The translations under genes were made by a program, and so were the position numbers. A stretch of 64,000 nucleotides of DNA from Octopus vulgaris (Eukaryota). Shown here in pieces: positions 1-14,621 of the stretch (position 1 is its first letter; every line of letters starts with the position of its first letter). The notes beneath the pieces were generated by a model. That model was not told where the DNA came from. It did no database searches and saw nothing but the letters and a program-made list of their open reading frames with translations. The DNA lies in the NCBI GenBank assembly GCA_951406725.2, contig OX597818.1, positions 116,498,001 to 116,562,000 of the forward strand. Direction: 5' to 3'.

Positions 1-227
1 TAAGATCTCGTTACATTTAAATTTGAACTCTTTTCAATGCAACTAAAAATTAAAGGTATGATAACACTCAAGATTACCGGTTTAATTATGACCTTGGCCA
101 CCAGACTGATCTCGTTTTAAGTGTCTGATACGTCGGGTTACAGACAATGCTGATTTTCTTTAAAAAAAACCCACTTCTGAGTTCTATATTTGAGAGATGA
201 GGAATTATGTAGATTTTGTTTGTTGTT

Positions 228-273
228 AACACAACATTTTGGCTGATATACTCTCCAGCCTTCATCAGGTGTG
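228..273 (-). ncRNA. Minimal hammerhead ribozyme, decayed
   Basis: CACAC CTGATGA A GGCTG-N10-CAGCC AAAA TG TT GTGTT, with GAAA changed to AAAA. Same family as 37846-37891. Confidence 0.65.
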
Positions 274-297
274 TTGGGGAAATTTCGAACCGGGGTA

Positions 298-430
298 TTA
301 TTATTATTTTTTTTCCTTCTTTCTTCAAATCTTCTTCCATTTCTCGCCGATTGTTTTCCGTACACCTAGGGCAGAGAAGCTCATTGTATGCATTCTCAGA
401 TTACACACGCAAATTCACAGGTACAATATG
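298..430 (-). mobile_element. 3' UTR and (TAA) tail of R4/Dong-like LINE
   Basis: Reverse complement closely matches 58665-58790, the 3' UTR of the LINE at 56830-58855. Confidence 0.8.
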
Positions 431-968
431 TTTTTTTTTTAATTAATAAATAAATATATTCATGAATGGATGTTGTTTTCACAGCGATAATACTTTTCTC
501 AGTACATGAGTCATTCCAGTTACTGCTATTTAAATTAAATTTATTTTATAAATTATTGCTTTGTGGACAATGTGTAATTTCTCACAAAGACATAATTGAC
601 AATTGTTTGTCCCAGCTGAGTAGTGATTACGGAGGGGTCCTGTCAATGATAGACCTTATTCAATTTATCTTATAAATGATTGATTACAAATATTTTCCCA
701 ACTTTTATTGTTTTCTTTGTATGATCTATTATTTAATTAGTTTATCTCCTTAAACGTCATTTAAATATACATTGGTTGCTCCATTTAACCCAGGAATTTC
801 AATCAAGATATCTCGTAGATTCTTGACCTTAATTAAAAAACATTTCCGTAGAACCCACATGTATTATTAACTCTTCAACCCCACCAGAAAGACAAAATGT
901 CAGTTAGACCTGCTTGGGCAATATCGCTTTTAATATCTCACGCAGCAATAGATGGTCACACACATACA

Positions 969-1008
<40 letters not shown>

Positions 1009-1044
1009 CATACATCTACGTAGTTTCTAATGTATAACTCAGCC

Positions 1045-1440
1045 TGTACCAATCGAAATTCTCCCTACTGCTCACCAAGAGGATCCTGTTTCTCAAAAGC
1101 TGTGAAATATAGTGCTAGCTTCACACTTTTACAACGCACTACACAGACATGACAGTCGGTGATTGAAAGGAAGATATTCACAGCACATGCACTCCTTCAG
1201 GTGCAAGGATTGGGTAACCCCCACGCCCTTGTCTTATTTTACCTGGAGACTCTGTGACTTCCCAGCATCGATTGGACCACCATTGATAGGGCCCCTCTAC
1301 ACTCACTACTTAGCTGGAATACGCAATCTTCACGTGAAATTACACATACATCAACCCGCTTTGTCCATTAGCAAGAAGAACGACAAAATCTATTGTTTGC
1401 ACCAGAGATGCCTCTTGACATTTAAGCCACTGGCAGCCAA
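1045..1440 (+). mobile_element. Penelope-like GIY-YIG endonuclease relic
   Basis: Broken translation CTNRNSPYCSPRGSCFSKAVKY...KGRYSQHMHSF...TPLSYFTWRL...CLHQR aligns with the endonuclease region at 19433-19880. Confidence 0.65.
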
Positions 1441-2036
1441 CAATCCATATATACAACCTCAGCCTTGGCTTCTCCAACAACAAGGACACAGTATTTAACT
1501 CCTGCCGCCCATAGAAAGCTTAGCTACGTCCATGCTAACAATCCAACTTAGCACCACCAAATCTTAATCCAGCACCACAAGTTCTAGTTAATCCCTCGGA
1601 AAGGTTGTTGCAGCTACAGTATAAGTTGACCAGTAACTCGCGATAACACCCCATTCTGCCATGTGATGACACTAAATATACAATAGTGCAGACTACAGAC
1701 TTAGCGGCAACAGATACCTACAAGGTATTTGTACCGTGAGTTGATTATTAGAAGTGTCACATTTGGACTGCCATCTTCAATTAGCCTCATGTCCTCTTAG
1801 TCGATGTCCAGAGGCTTGACCAGTTACATTTATTCTACGAGCCTAGGTAACACGTTGCATGGAGCTGAGTCGAACATTCATTAAATAATATATGTGTGTA
1901 TGTATGCATGTTAAATATATGTATACATGTAAATATATGTGTGTGTGTGTGTGCATGTGTGTGTTAAGACTTAAATCTCGATTTCTGAGCCTTTCCCTAA
2001 GTCCGCGACGTAGAAAATCTACGATTTTGTCTTCGT

Positions 2037-2101
2037 ATAGAGTCTGACGAGCTGTCCACAAGACTTTGGCTTTGTGGATACCAAACCTTTGGTAACTCTA
2101 T
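2037..2101 (+). ncRNA. Hammerhead ribozyme with GAAA->CAAA change
   Basis: ATAGAGT CTGACGA GC TGTCCACAA..TTGTGGATA C CAAA CC-TTT-GG TA ACTCTAT; 7-bp perfect stem I. Confidence 0.7.
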
Positions 2102-2234
2102 GTCCAAAATTTAAATTTCTGTTGTAATAATCACTGCTCTGTTCTTTAGAATATGCTTCTTTTCTGATATATATTTTATTGATTATGTCTATATATGCAT
2201 ATATATATATATATATAAACACATATACATACAT

Positions 2235-2330
<96 letters not shown>

Positions 2331-3209
2331 ACATATACATATATATATATAAATGTACTCACAAAAAAACTCCACTAAATAGGAGTTGGAAAACCATTAA
2401 AGTGAATTGATGATTGCGTGCTGAGATTGCGTTAGTCAAAAACTGGAAATGAAAATGATTTTGAAATATAAAATAATTACATAAAAATGTGAGCGCAAAA
2501 ACAGTCATTAACAGACACGCATTCAGACAGATATTTGTCGCATAGTCATAGATTAGACTTAGAAATATACACACGCACACGATCAGGCATCTAAAGCGGA
2601 GACAGACACGTTTATTGATAAAGGTAGAAAGAGAAATTCACAGCCGCATACACACACACACACACACAGAGGAATTCTCACTTGAATATTAATTTAAAAC
2701 AGAGCAAACAATGAAGCTTCCATGTAAGTAATACAGATGCACGTTCCGGTATATAAACACGCGATCTGACACACTTAGATGTATTTGCACACACACAGGA
2801 AACACAGGCGCGCAATCGAACACACACACACACACACACACACATGAAGGTGTTTGAAACTCCTGTACAGGTGCCCGAAATACATATATTCTGACAAGGT
2901 TAGATATAATGCAGACTCAAACACATTCACACACATAGATACACACACATGCAAGCAGCCACGCATGAGAATATTTTTATATGCTCTCATGTGGAAGCGT
3001 AAGAACACAAATAGGCAAGCAGTTTAACCACACATTCAGGTCTACAGAAACACAAGAATACAGAGACAAATAAGTTTATAAAATCCATACGAATGAAATG
3101 AAATTCTTTAGGGTTTTCTGATACGTGTCATTATAGATAATATTGAGTAAGCTAAGATGAAAAGAAGGCAGAGGGGAAAATTATGAAATTTAAGGAATAT
3201 ATAAGTTAT

Positions 3210-3980
3210 AATCTTTTCTACTCTAGGCACAAAGTTCGAAATTTTGGGGAGGGGAGCCAGTCGATTAGATCGACACCAGTGCGCAACTGATACTTATTTT
3301 ATCGACACCGAAAGGATGAAAGGCAAAGTCGACCTCGGCGAAATTTGAACTCAGAACATAAACACGGGTGAAATACCGCTAAGCATTTGTCCAGTGTGCA
3401 AACGATCGCGCCAGCATGCCGCCTTCGCACACCCTCGTATAATAATAGATGTACAATCTTTCTCCTGATGGATCTAAGGAGAGGAGAAAACCATGAATGA
3501 AACGGTTTATGGCATGAAGTTATATATGGTGGAAAGTAGGCCTATAATAAAAATTGCATGATTTTCCAAGAATTTTCAAACGTCTTCTGTGTCTACAACT
3601 TCGTTTTCCAAAACTGTAATCTAGTTGCATCGAATCCATTGCTCAACTGGTACTTGATTTTTCGACGCAGAAGGATAAAAAGCAAAGTCGATCTCGGTGG
3701 AATTTGAACTCAGAACATAAAGACGGACGAAATGCCGCTAAGCATTTTGCTCGGTGTGCTAACAATTCTGCCAGCTCGCAGACTTAAACTACAGTATATT
3801 AATTTGAAATTTTGGCACAAGGCCAGCTATTTTGGAAGTGGGATTTATGTCAACCTCAATCCTCAGCTGGTACTTATTTTATCGACCCCAAAAAGATGAA
3901 AGGTAAAGTCGACCTCGGCGGACAATTAAACTCAGAACGTAAAATCGAACTCGATGTTGCTCAGCATTTTCGTCGGTGAT
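3210..3980 (-). mobile_element. Cluster of three tRNA-derived SINE (family A) copies
   Basis: Repeated core CTGGTACTT..ATCGACCCCGAAAGGATGAAAGGCAAAGTCGACCTCGGCGGAATTTGAACTC, with the B-box GAGTTCAAATTCC on the minus strand, at about 3210-3425, 3630-3790 and 3805-3980. Confidence 0.85.
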
Positions 3981-4694
3981 TTTATGAGAAATATTATCAG
4001 ACGACATTTTTCATATAATTTCTAAAAGATTTTATCATATTTAATACCCTTAATTTTCATATTATTTGCTGATTGCTTCTTGCATATTAATTAGTATTTC
4101 CGAAAACTAAAGTACCGACAGATTAGTAAGTGTATTGTTTATTAAGTCGCGGTCGTTTGCAGCCTGAGTTCAAACCCTCTGGGGTCAAACTTTCCCTTCT
4201 ATCTTCGGGGCTCATTGAATAAACATAAAGTTGATTAAATGGATTGTGTTAATCGCTTTTACCCTTCTTGAAATATGTAACTTTCTTCCAATTTGATAAT
4301 TTAATATGTATTATCATGATTTGTGTATCAAGCAGTTTATTCTGTAAGCGTATACATAATTTGATTTTCAGGAGCAGTTGAAATTAAAGTCACGGAAAAT
4401 GAATTAGTAAACATTTATGACGTAGTTGTGTCATTAGCAGAATATGGCAAACAAATCGTTTAGAGTTTGTGCGCATGGGGTTGGGTGTGTGTAGTACATG
4501 TAATAATTATTCGGAATGCACTACAAACCTACGAAAATTACTAAATCACTAAAAATAATTAGGACGTTGATGGCGGCGGTGAGGAGGAGTTAAGAGAAAT
4601 ATAGGCCAGGATAAATTATTTGGGAAATTCCATTTTGTATTTCCAAGTTCAAGTTATGTAGGGAAACTGATAGTGCTAAGAGTACTTAGTTCAC

Positions 4695-5240
<546 letters not shown>

Positions 5241-6264
5241 AACAAGACATTATATAAAAAAACTTAAAGCAAATTATTTGCAACTCGGTAAGTCTTCCAT
5301 TATTAATGATCGAGAATTTGAATACAGAAAGTGCAGAGGTATTTATCAGAGTGGAAATCAAAGCACTTCGAAACACTAAATGTTCTACCCACCGGCACTC
5401 TGAGCGATTCCCGTGTTTTTAGCGTGCAAGTCTACGTCAGTAGAAGTAGTCCATTTCTACGTTACATACGTTATACATATGCGGGGTGACAGCGCTAAGC
5501 AGTGTTGCGTATAACTTCCAACTTGCTACCAGTTGAAATATCTTTATACTTGAGGATTTATTGAAAAGAAGAAGAAAAAAATCCTTCTGTAATAAGTAGA
5601 TTTACCCTCCTCCTCCTGCTGTGTTTTTATAGTTTTTTCTTCATATCTGCCACCAAGCCTAGTATGAGTACTCATTTTGAAATTGTTATGTTAGCTATCT
5701 CTGTATCATTGTTTTACTCTCTCTCTCTCTCTCTCTCTTTCTATATCTCCAACTCACCGTACATAATTTTAAGCGTGACTAAACAATTTAATCAACGAAC
5801 CTACCAGCCAACCAACCAACATATATATCGGCTATTATTAAATAGTGATTACCATCGATGTTGTTATTGTTCTTATTACATCGACGATTCAAATGTATAG
5901 TGAACAATTCCATGACATTTTAACTTATAATACGACTTCAATTCTTATATAGATATATATATATTCCGAAAGAGTGATTCCCGACTTGAATATATTCCAC
6001 ACATGGGATTTTAAATTCATACCAGACATTGCATAATTCCTTCAAGTTATGAATTATGGAAATTCAATATTTTCATACTCTTTCCGGGTATGGCATAATA
6101 TTCATATCGACAAATGTGAATCTAGACGGTCAAAAGTTAGACCCTAGACAATCTAACGTAGGAACTAATCGACGGAAGCTCATCCTTTTAATTATAGGAT
6201 CCAAGTGGTCTCAAATTATACGCAAGGATCTTAAAAGGGCAAGCATCTTTGGGCCACCCAAATT

Positions 6265-6410
6265 ATTCCACCCAACACACACAGAGCACAATATCCCGTA
6301 CTGTGTAGCCTGAAAAATGTGTATTATAGTAGATGATCCAACTACCAGGAACATACGGCTTATAGAACTCAAAGGCGTTCTAATCATGCAAAATTACACT
6401 CTCCTACTTA
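6265..6410 (+). mobile_element. Penelope-like RT C-terminal relic
   Basis: Translates HPTHTEHNIPYCVA*KMCIIVDDPTTRNIRLIELKGVLIMQNY, resembling the PLE thumb motif HPxHxxxNIP. Confidence 0.55.
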
Positions 6411-6777
6411 GAGATCGATAAATTTAGTACCAGTTGCATACTGGATTCGATCTACTCGACTGGCTCCCCTCCCTCCCCCCAAAGTTTCGGGCCTGCTGCC
6501 TAGAGTAGAAAAGATTAGTTAGTCTATCTTTGTTTTCATCGATTTTCATTTTCGTTCCATCAACATTGCCCATTTAGTTAGATACGTCTACAGTTCTTCA
6601 GACAGAAGACAATTCAAGTAGTTTTGCTGATATACGGCATCAGTAACGGTTTGACGATGATAATGAGTATGTCTGAGACTTTATTATTGGTTGCTGCAAG
6701 AATCGCTTTCGCAATATTGCAGCGCAATTTTCATCGGGACGGATTTATAATAATACATCCTATTATCTGAACGAGAA

Positions 6778-6878
6778 TGCTGCTGCTGCTGCTGCTTCTT
6801 CTTCTTCTTCTTCTTCTTCTTCTTCTTCTTCTTCTTCTTCTTCTTCTTCTTCTTCTTCTTCTTCTTCTTCTTCTTCTT
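6778..6878. repeat. (CTG)n(CTT)n microsatellite
   Basis: Directly visible. Confidence 0.97.
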
Positions 6879-8285
6879 TTCATTTGCCAGAAGAACGAAG
6901 TGTGGGGGCTTACATATAATAATGAAATGATAAATATACATAAAAAAAAAAATATATATAGCTATAAAATAAAAAAAAAGATAAAAAAATGAAAATAAAA
7001 ATAAAATATAGACCGTATAGAGTGGAAAAGATGGAATAATTGTGTTTCTGTGTTTCTCTGCTAATTTTTCTCTTTTCTCTTCTTGTTTCCTGTCTGTTTT
7101 TTTCTCTTTTTATTGCTCTTTGTGCAGTTGATGGTAGGGTTTTATGCAATTGTAGTGGATTTGCTGTTGTTTGGGGTCGATGTGGTGTTCGTGTTGCCCT
7201 GTGCTTCATTTCTTTACATTTTTATTCTTTCGTTTTTCAGATTCTGTTTATTTTATCGGTCGCTCTTCTCATCCTAACTCAGATGGAGCGAACTGCATCA
7301 TTTTTGTACGGACATTTCTGAGATTTTGCACCATCGGCAAAAAAAGCCCGATAGAATAAGTACTAGGCTTACGAAGAATAAGACCTGGGGTCGATTTGTT
7401 CGACTAAAAGGCAGTGCTCCAGCATGGCCACAGTCAAATGACTGAAACAAGTAAAGGAATAAAAGAATAAAAGAAAAGTATCTGCGAGAGATCTAACTTT
7501 GAGTGGGAGACTAGCACTGTTACATCTGTCACACTTTTTTCTTAGATATATGTGGGGTGAACATAATCTTCAGTGCGGCAAGCGACCACTGGATTTTGTA
7601 CAGCTAGCATCGTAGTGATATACAGGAACTCGTTCCCCTCCCCCAAATTGCCTTTCTCTAGATATATATCTCCAATGTTCTGAACCACTTTGAGAATGGT
7701 TCTTTCTACTTATAGAGTCTTTAGGCTCAGAAGTCTTCAGGTATAGAGAGACTGAATAATTTTCATATTAGACTACTCTAGTGAAGAAAACCCTGTTATT
7801 CTTTCTGGTTTTCTTGCTGTTGTTGGTGTTATTGGTTCGTGTTTTGCTGTTATTGTTGCTTTGTTGCTGCTATCGGTGTTATTGTTGTTGTTGTTTTTCC
7901 TGTTCTTGTGACTATTACTGCTATTATTTCTGCCTCTCTTACTGCTTCTGTCTCGATTGCTGCCATTGTCTCTGCCGCTACGAGTGTCTCTGCTGCTACC
8001 ATTATCATTAAACCCAGATGCAGTACCAGGCAGTGGCTCTCATAGCTCTGTTCTTTACTGATTGGAAGTGTTATCATGTACATTGTTTTGTCTTGGTGTA
8101 AAAGATGGGCTACAGCAAATATTCTGTTCATTACCACAGATTTCCTTGTCAGTTGCCTGACCTTAACCATTTGAGCACATTCTTTAGTTACTGACAATAT
8201 ATATATATATACATGTGTGTGTGTATACACATAATTCCATACATTCCTCTTGCGTTTGCTTTTTGAGCCAAAAAATTAACTTAAC

Positions 8286-8332
<47 letters not shown>

Positions 8333-10147
8333 CGTGCGTGAGTGTGAGTATATGTGTCTATTTACACGTAAATGTGTGGGAATGTGTGACTATGTATCGA
8401 ATTCAAGGGAGGTTCTTCTTATGCGTACGGGCTTCAATACCTATTTGATGGTCCGATGGCTTCTTTCATCTAATTAAATCGCTTTAAAGTCTGTGAGCTT
8501 CACGTCAATGATACAATAACGATTGAAAACATATTTTTGTTCACGTAGACAAATGATTTGATGTGTGCACATTCTCATACAGCGATAACCCTCAAAAACC
8601 AGTAAGTAATGAAACAGCATGATGTTTTTTCAGAAAAGTATAAAAATTAAAACAATGTGAAATCCTAATATCTGATGAAGCGGACAAAAAACTATGTCCA
8701 TTATCTGCAAAATTGAACAATCAAATCGTTTTCTATCTTAATGGGGGAATATAAGATTGGCTGCATGATTCAACATTGTTAAATCATTTCGTTCTACTCA
8801 ATAGGGAAATAATAAAGCCGATACAGCGGTTTGTATAATAGTTTAAAATTTGTTCTGCTCTCTAACATAATATGATAGGAAGTATCTATACAATACAAGC
8901 TGACATATGCTTTAGTCTAAGATCTCTTTCCGAACATTATTATTATTTTTTTTTTTTTAAAGATAAAATAAGAAATGTCATCAATGCAATATAATGACGT
9001 CGAAGACCATAAAATTGACAGGCCCATGCACAAAAACAAAAAGTGCTTAAAATATTTGAATTTAACAGAAAAAAATATCTATTATAGAATGTTTTCAAAG
9101 AAAAATTACGATGTCCTGGCGAATTTCAAAAACACTCACTGCACCATCATTGGCATGTGCGTCAAATTCAATCGCAGTTTCAATTCAGTTATTTAAAACC
9201 GATCTTTATTTTACACAACGACAAAACCTAATTATAACAACATATCTATTTTCACTGATTTTTTTCTGCTTTAGTAGAAATCCACAAGGGTAAATGATTC
9301 ATATGTTACATTAAAGAATTAGACTACGTGCAATAGTATATATATGTTTATAGGGAAATATTACTTTTAATCAGCTAACAATTATGTCCCTTATTTTAAA
9401 TCATTATATCCTTTACATTCTAATAAATCCCCTCCATTTAGCTCGTAAATCTGTTATGGCTCATTGATTGAAACCTGCAGCATATCCCTGAAATATTGTG
9501 CTACGTATTTCTCATCATTTGCAGGATACTTTTCAGGCGTTTTCCTTTTATTAGCGCCATTGCATTTCCTGTAATATTATACTGCTATGACACTCAATAA
9601 TTAACATCTGACAATATGGAAATTATAAATTGGTTGAAATCATATCTTAAATTAAATGGAAAGGAAGCACACTATATATATATTTGATAAATGCGCTAAC
9701 AGCCCATCATCTGCTGCCTAATCCAGCTTTATTACACTATATATTATATTGTAATATACTGCAAGCCCTTCCTTCTCCCTTCGTTGTTTATATGTATTGG
9801 TCATCTCAAAATATTTTACCCCCGATGTGACATTGTTGACAGTCTTCAAACTCGATTTGCATGGGTGACAATATTCTCTGGGACAGTTTGGGTCAATAAC
9901 AATTGATGGAGCAGTTAGGTGGATATACAACAGGACGCTCACCTCGCTGCCTAGGAACAAATTTCAGTAATGTCAAAAGCATTACTGATTCGAAATAAAA
10001 TGTAAAAACGGAGATGAAAGCATATCCAAGATTAATATATGCATATGCAGAATAGTCTGTCCATAGCACTTACTCAACACTACCTGACACCTTTGGGTCT
10101 TCTAGACACCATTACCTCTCATAATACGTGGACATCCTTGTTATTTG

Positions 10148-10216
<69 letters not shown>

Positions 10217-10240
10217 ATATATACGCATATATACATATAT

Positions 10241-10941
10241 AGGGGGAGAATTCACAAAGAACAACAAAAGATGAAGACAGGTGGTGTAGGCAACAAACAG
10301 ATGTCTTAGTATAACGCTCGGGAAGTGTAAAAGTCTTTAACGTTTCGAGCCTACGCTCTTCTACAGAGAGGAACACAGAAAGAAACAAGGAAAGATACAA
10401 AGAGAGAAAATAAAGAAATGTGTAGTGGTTAGCAATCTACACATTCCACCCACCTTCCCTATCCTTCTCCATCACACCCAACCCTTGCTTCCCACCCTCT
10501 CGCCTACCCCACCTCTCAACACCATCACACCACATCACACATCACTACACCTTACACCACCATACCACAAAACACATCACAGCACAACATACCACCAAGC
10601 GCACAATAGCATTGACCACTTCCCAGACTCACATTTTCACACCTACACATATACATACACACACGCACGCGCACCTTCGCTTTTGGATCCCCACCACTTT
10701 ATTATCTCCTCTTCTCCGTATCTCTCCTGTGTGACCCTTCTGTCCGCCATTCGCCATGCTAGATCGCTAGCCACTACACATTCTTTATTTTCTCTCTTTG
10801 TTTCTTTCTGTGTTCCTTTCTGTGGAAGAGCGTAGGCTCGAAACGTTAAAGACTTTTTCACTTCCCAACCGTTATACTAATACATCTGTTTGTTGTCTAT
10901 ACCACCTATCTTCGTCATTTGTTGTTTCTGTGAATTATCCC

Positions 10942-10943
<2 letters not shown>
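10241..10943. mobile_element. Fold-back element with ~190-bp inverted arms, each carrying a variant hammerhead
   Basis: 10241-10439 is the reverse complement of 10760-10943. HHR-like motifs at 10334-10371(-) and 10815-10852(+). Flanked by (TA)n and (TATC)n. Confidence 0.8.
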
Positions 10944-11029
<86 letters not shown>

Positions 11030-11810
11030 ATGTATATATATTTATATATCAGATTACATGCATTACTGCACTGACTGTTATACGTATAAAAACATCGTAA
11101 ATATGAGAGATAATGGTGCATCAAAGCTATGAAAAATTTATAAAGAAAGGCCACTGAGTGATATTGGACACATCAAACCGAAAATACTGAAACATCATTA
11201 CTGCCCTCAAATATATAATTCTATCACAAAAATTATTTATGATGTTATCAAAAACATCTGCCAAATCGAATGTATTTGTCAAAGTTACAAGTTGAGTATT
11301 AATTTATAAATGTTCCTATTCTATTTACTGAATTCTCTAATTAAGCTTTTAAGATATGTTTCTATAAACTCATTTAAATATTGTTCGGAAAAATCTCTTG
11401 CTAATATTTGTCGTGTGTCGCTTAGCATTTCGCTTATATAACCTCAGTCCGACCAAAATACTGAGAATGACTTTCAAATGCGGAAACTGAGAGAAGCCCA
11501 TCGTATACATTCATAAATAGACAAACACACGTACACACACACATACACAAACACACGTACACACACACATACACATAGACACGCACATTCAGTCTGCTAT
11601 AAAGAATCCAATTACACATATAGAATATCCAGTGGTGCATCTTTTTCCCTGTGACAATATTATGCTCAGATCATATAAATTTGATATTTACTTAATATTT
11701 ACTGAGTATTAATTGAAATAGCTGTAAGTGATGAGGATCAGTTTGCTGTTAATAATAAACAATAATTAACTACTCAATCTCCACTTTGATTTTCTTCTTT
11801 TATATGAATA

Positions 11811-12200
11811 CTAGCAGTATCGCCCGGCGTTGCACGGGTTTGTAAGGGAAATAACTATAAAGCATTTTTAGAGTTATAGCCAAAAATTAGCAAAAAATGC
11901 ATTAAAAATGGAAAAAAAAATATGGTAAATTTTTTTAAAAATCGTTGACCTATCGTAGATATTTTTAGAGAGTTACTTCCCTTATATTAAAAAAATATGC
12001 ATTAAAATGGAAAAAATGATGGTAAATTATTTTTTAAATCGTAGACTCATCGTAGACGCGCGCTTATACCCAGAAGGGCTCGATATGAATCACGACTATA
12101 AGATACTCGGTTTTGGTTAAACTGCACCGCAAAATGTGAGAGTAGTTAGGAATCTAAATGGGAGTAGACAGACACACAACCTTTCTTTTATATATAAAGA
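11811..12200 (-). mobile_element. Non-autonomous Helitron
   Basis: Minus strand starts A|TCTTTATATAT and ends with hairpin CCCG-TGCAACGC-CGGG, about 9 nt, then CTAG|T. Confidence 0.8.
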
Positions 12201-12533
12201 TAAAGTATATACTTTTATATCTACACCTATCATTTTAAGGAAATTAATTCTCATAAGATTCTAGGTGTTGAACCGGTATGTTTTGGATGAAACCATCTCA
12301 TTATGAAGATAACATAACCTCAAATCGAATATATATATATATATAATTTTAAATTAATAATAAAAGGGTAAAATTTATTAATTAGATTAATTAATTAATT
12401 AATCAATTACTTAACAATTTTACCAAGTAGATCGGTACGTCATAGAGATTATTATAGCTGTAGAAAAATGAATTTTTAACTCTTTTTTCTAATTTTGGTA
12501 TGTGGTGAAGCAGTTAACTGAACTCTAATTATA

Positions 12534-12583
<50 letters not shown>

Positions 12584-13350
12584 TGTTGAGCTTTTTTTGT
12601 CCCTCATAACCATTTGACTACAGTTTTTTTAAAGGTCGCTGTAAGTTAGCGGCAAAACAAAAGGGACCCGATTGGCTAGATACCGGGATTGTTTGAAAAC
12701 GAGTACTCGGGCCTATCTATTCGACGTTACCATTCAAGGCGGTGCTCCAGTATGGCCATAGTTCAATGAGTGAAACAGGTAAAAGATATATATATGTCAG
12801 TACATATGAATATATATGCGTACATCTTTATTTTCTCTCTCTATACACACACACACACACACACACTCACATATATATATATATAATAACTAATTATATA
12901 TTATTTTTTACAATAATTAAAGAGATTAATTCTAAACAAGTGACTGAAATAAGATAGCCCAAACCACCGGGAATTGAACACAGCATTTGCACTTACTTGG
13001 CTCCGTACGCACCCAAATCAACCACATAGCTCACCCATCAATTGCTTTCAAATTCAACGTATAGATATTTTATATGTATATAAATTAACATGTATGGAAA
13101 TTTGAAATGATTTTCTCACCAGCTGGTGTTTTAAATTAGAAATTCAAACAGCTCATTATCTTTACAGATAAAAATTCTGACACATAAATTAATGAACGAA
13201 TTTATTGAGTTAGGTTCAAACATTACAATTTACAAAAATTATGTAATGGATAAATATTCAACAGATTCTAAATATTTGAAAAAGCACTTTCTTTCATGTA
13301 GACTGGCAGAGACAAAAACACCCACAAGTTTTAATTACTTGTCTGTTAGG

Positions 13351-13519
<169 letters not shown>

Positions 13520-13582
13520 ACATATATATATACACATACATACATACATACATATATACTATACATATATATATATAGTTGT

Positions 13583-13742
13583 GGGCGCAGGCGTGGCTGT
13601 GAGGTAAGAAGCCTGCTTCCCGACAACATGGTTCTGGTTTCAGACTGCCTCCGTGGCACATTCGTCACATGTCTTTTAATATACCCTCGGGCCAACCCTA
13701 GCCTTGTGAATGGATTCGGTAGACGGAAACTGAAGGGATCCC

Positions 13743-13795
<53 letters not shown>

Positions 13796-13985
13796 ATGTA
13801 TGTTTGTTATTTGTGTTTGTCTCCAGACCCTCACTTGACAACCGATGATGGTGTGTTTAAGTCTCCGTCACTTAACGGTTCGGCAGGTGCTACCGATAGA
13901 ATAAGTACTAGGCTTACAAAGAATAAGTCCTGGAGTCGATTTGTTCGACTAATGGTTGTGCTTGACAGAAACAAGTAAAAGAATA
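13583..13985 (+). mobile_element. SINE family B, full length
   Basis: GGCGCAGGCGTGGCTGTG head, internal (TA)n, and 3' ACCGATAGAATAAGTACTAGGCTTACAAAGAATAAG. Confidence 0.85.
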
Positions 13986-14054
13986 TATATATAACTTGTT
14001 TCATTCATTTGACTGCGGCCTTGGGTTTCAAGGGCCCACAGCTTTTCAATTTCC

Positions 14055-14620
14055 TTGTAGATCCAGTTTTGTTTTCAAAAAGCCTACATCCACGCCGTGC
14101 AAGTCTCTCAGTTTTTGTGCAGATATATTGAAGAGATCTGGGCCATTGAAACCCAAGCTGTTGCGGTATCTGGTCCTGCATCACAATAACAATGTTGAGA
14201 ACTTTGGTACCATGCAGTAGCACGCTGTCCTGCTGCTTGTGTAAGTGACAATGTCTAAATTTGGAACAAGTTTTTCTAGGATTTTCAAGATGTATATTAA
14301 TGCATATCTTTCCCTCCTTCGCTCAAGAGAGTAGAGTCTTAATTCTTTCAGCCTCTCAGTAGATGATACGTCGCATTGTATCGATCTTCCTTGTGTAGCT
14401 TCGCTGGATCGCCCCGAGGTCCGTCGTTATTTTACACTGGTGAGCACAGTTGGGAGTAATAATCCAGACGGTTGAGAATAACCAAGGGGTTACTTTTTAT
14501 GGTTACTTTTTATCTTGTTTTGAAAGTTCGAAGGATCCACCCGGCCAGACATCTGCATTTTATTGCTGACTTAGTAATGTGCACCTGGAAAGATGCATCA
14601 TTACTTATATCGATGCATAT
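14055..14620 (-). mobile_element. CR1/L2-type LINE RT C-terminal fragment
   Basis: Minus-strand translation GWILRTFKTR...LDYYSQLCSP...IQRSYTRKI...ERLKE..LYSLERRRERY...KILEKLVPN. Confidence 0.75.
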
Positions 14621-14621
14621 A

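Noticed and set aside
1655-1712. Possible HHR after the Penelope EN relic (TGATGA CACTA..TAGTG)
   Set aside because: No GAAA or UH; too degenerate.
8665-8730. CTGATGA followed by a hairpin
   Set aside because: No stem I complement and no GAAA.
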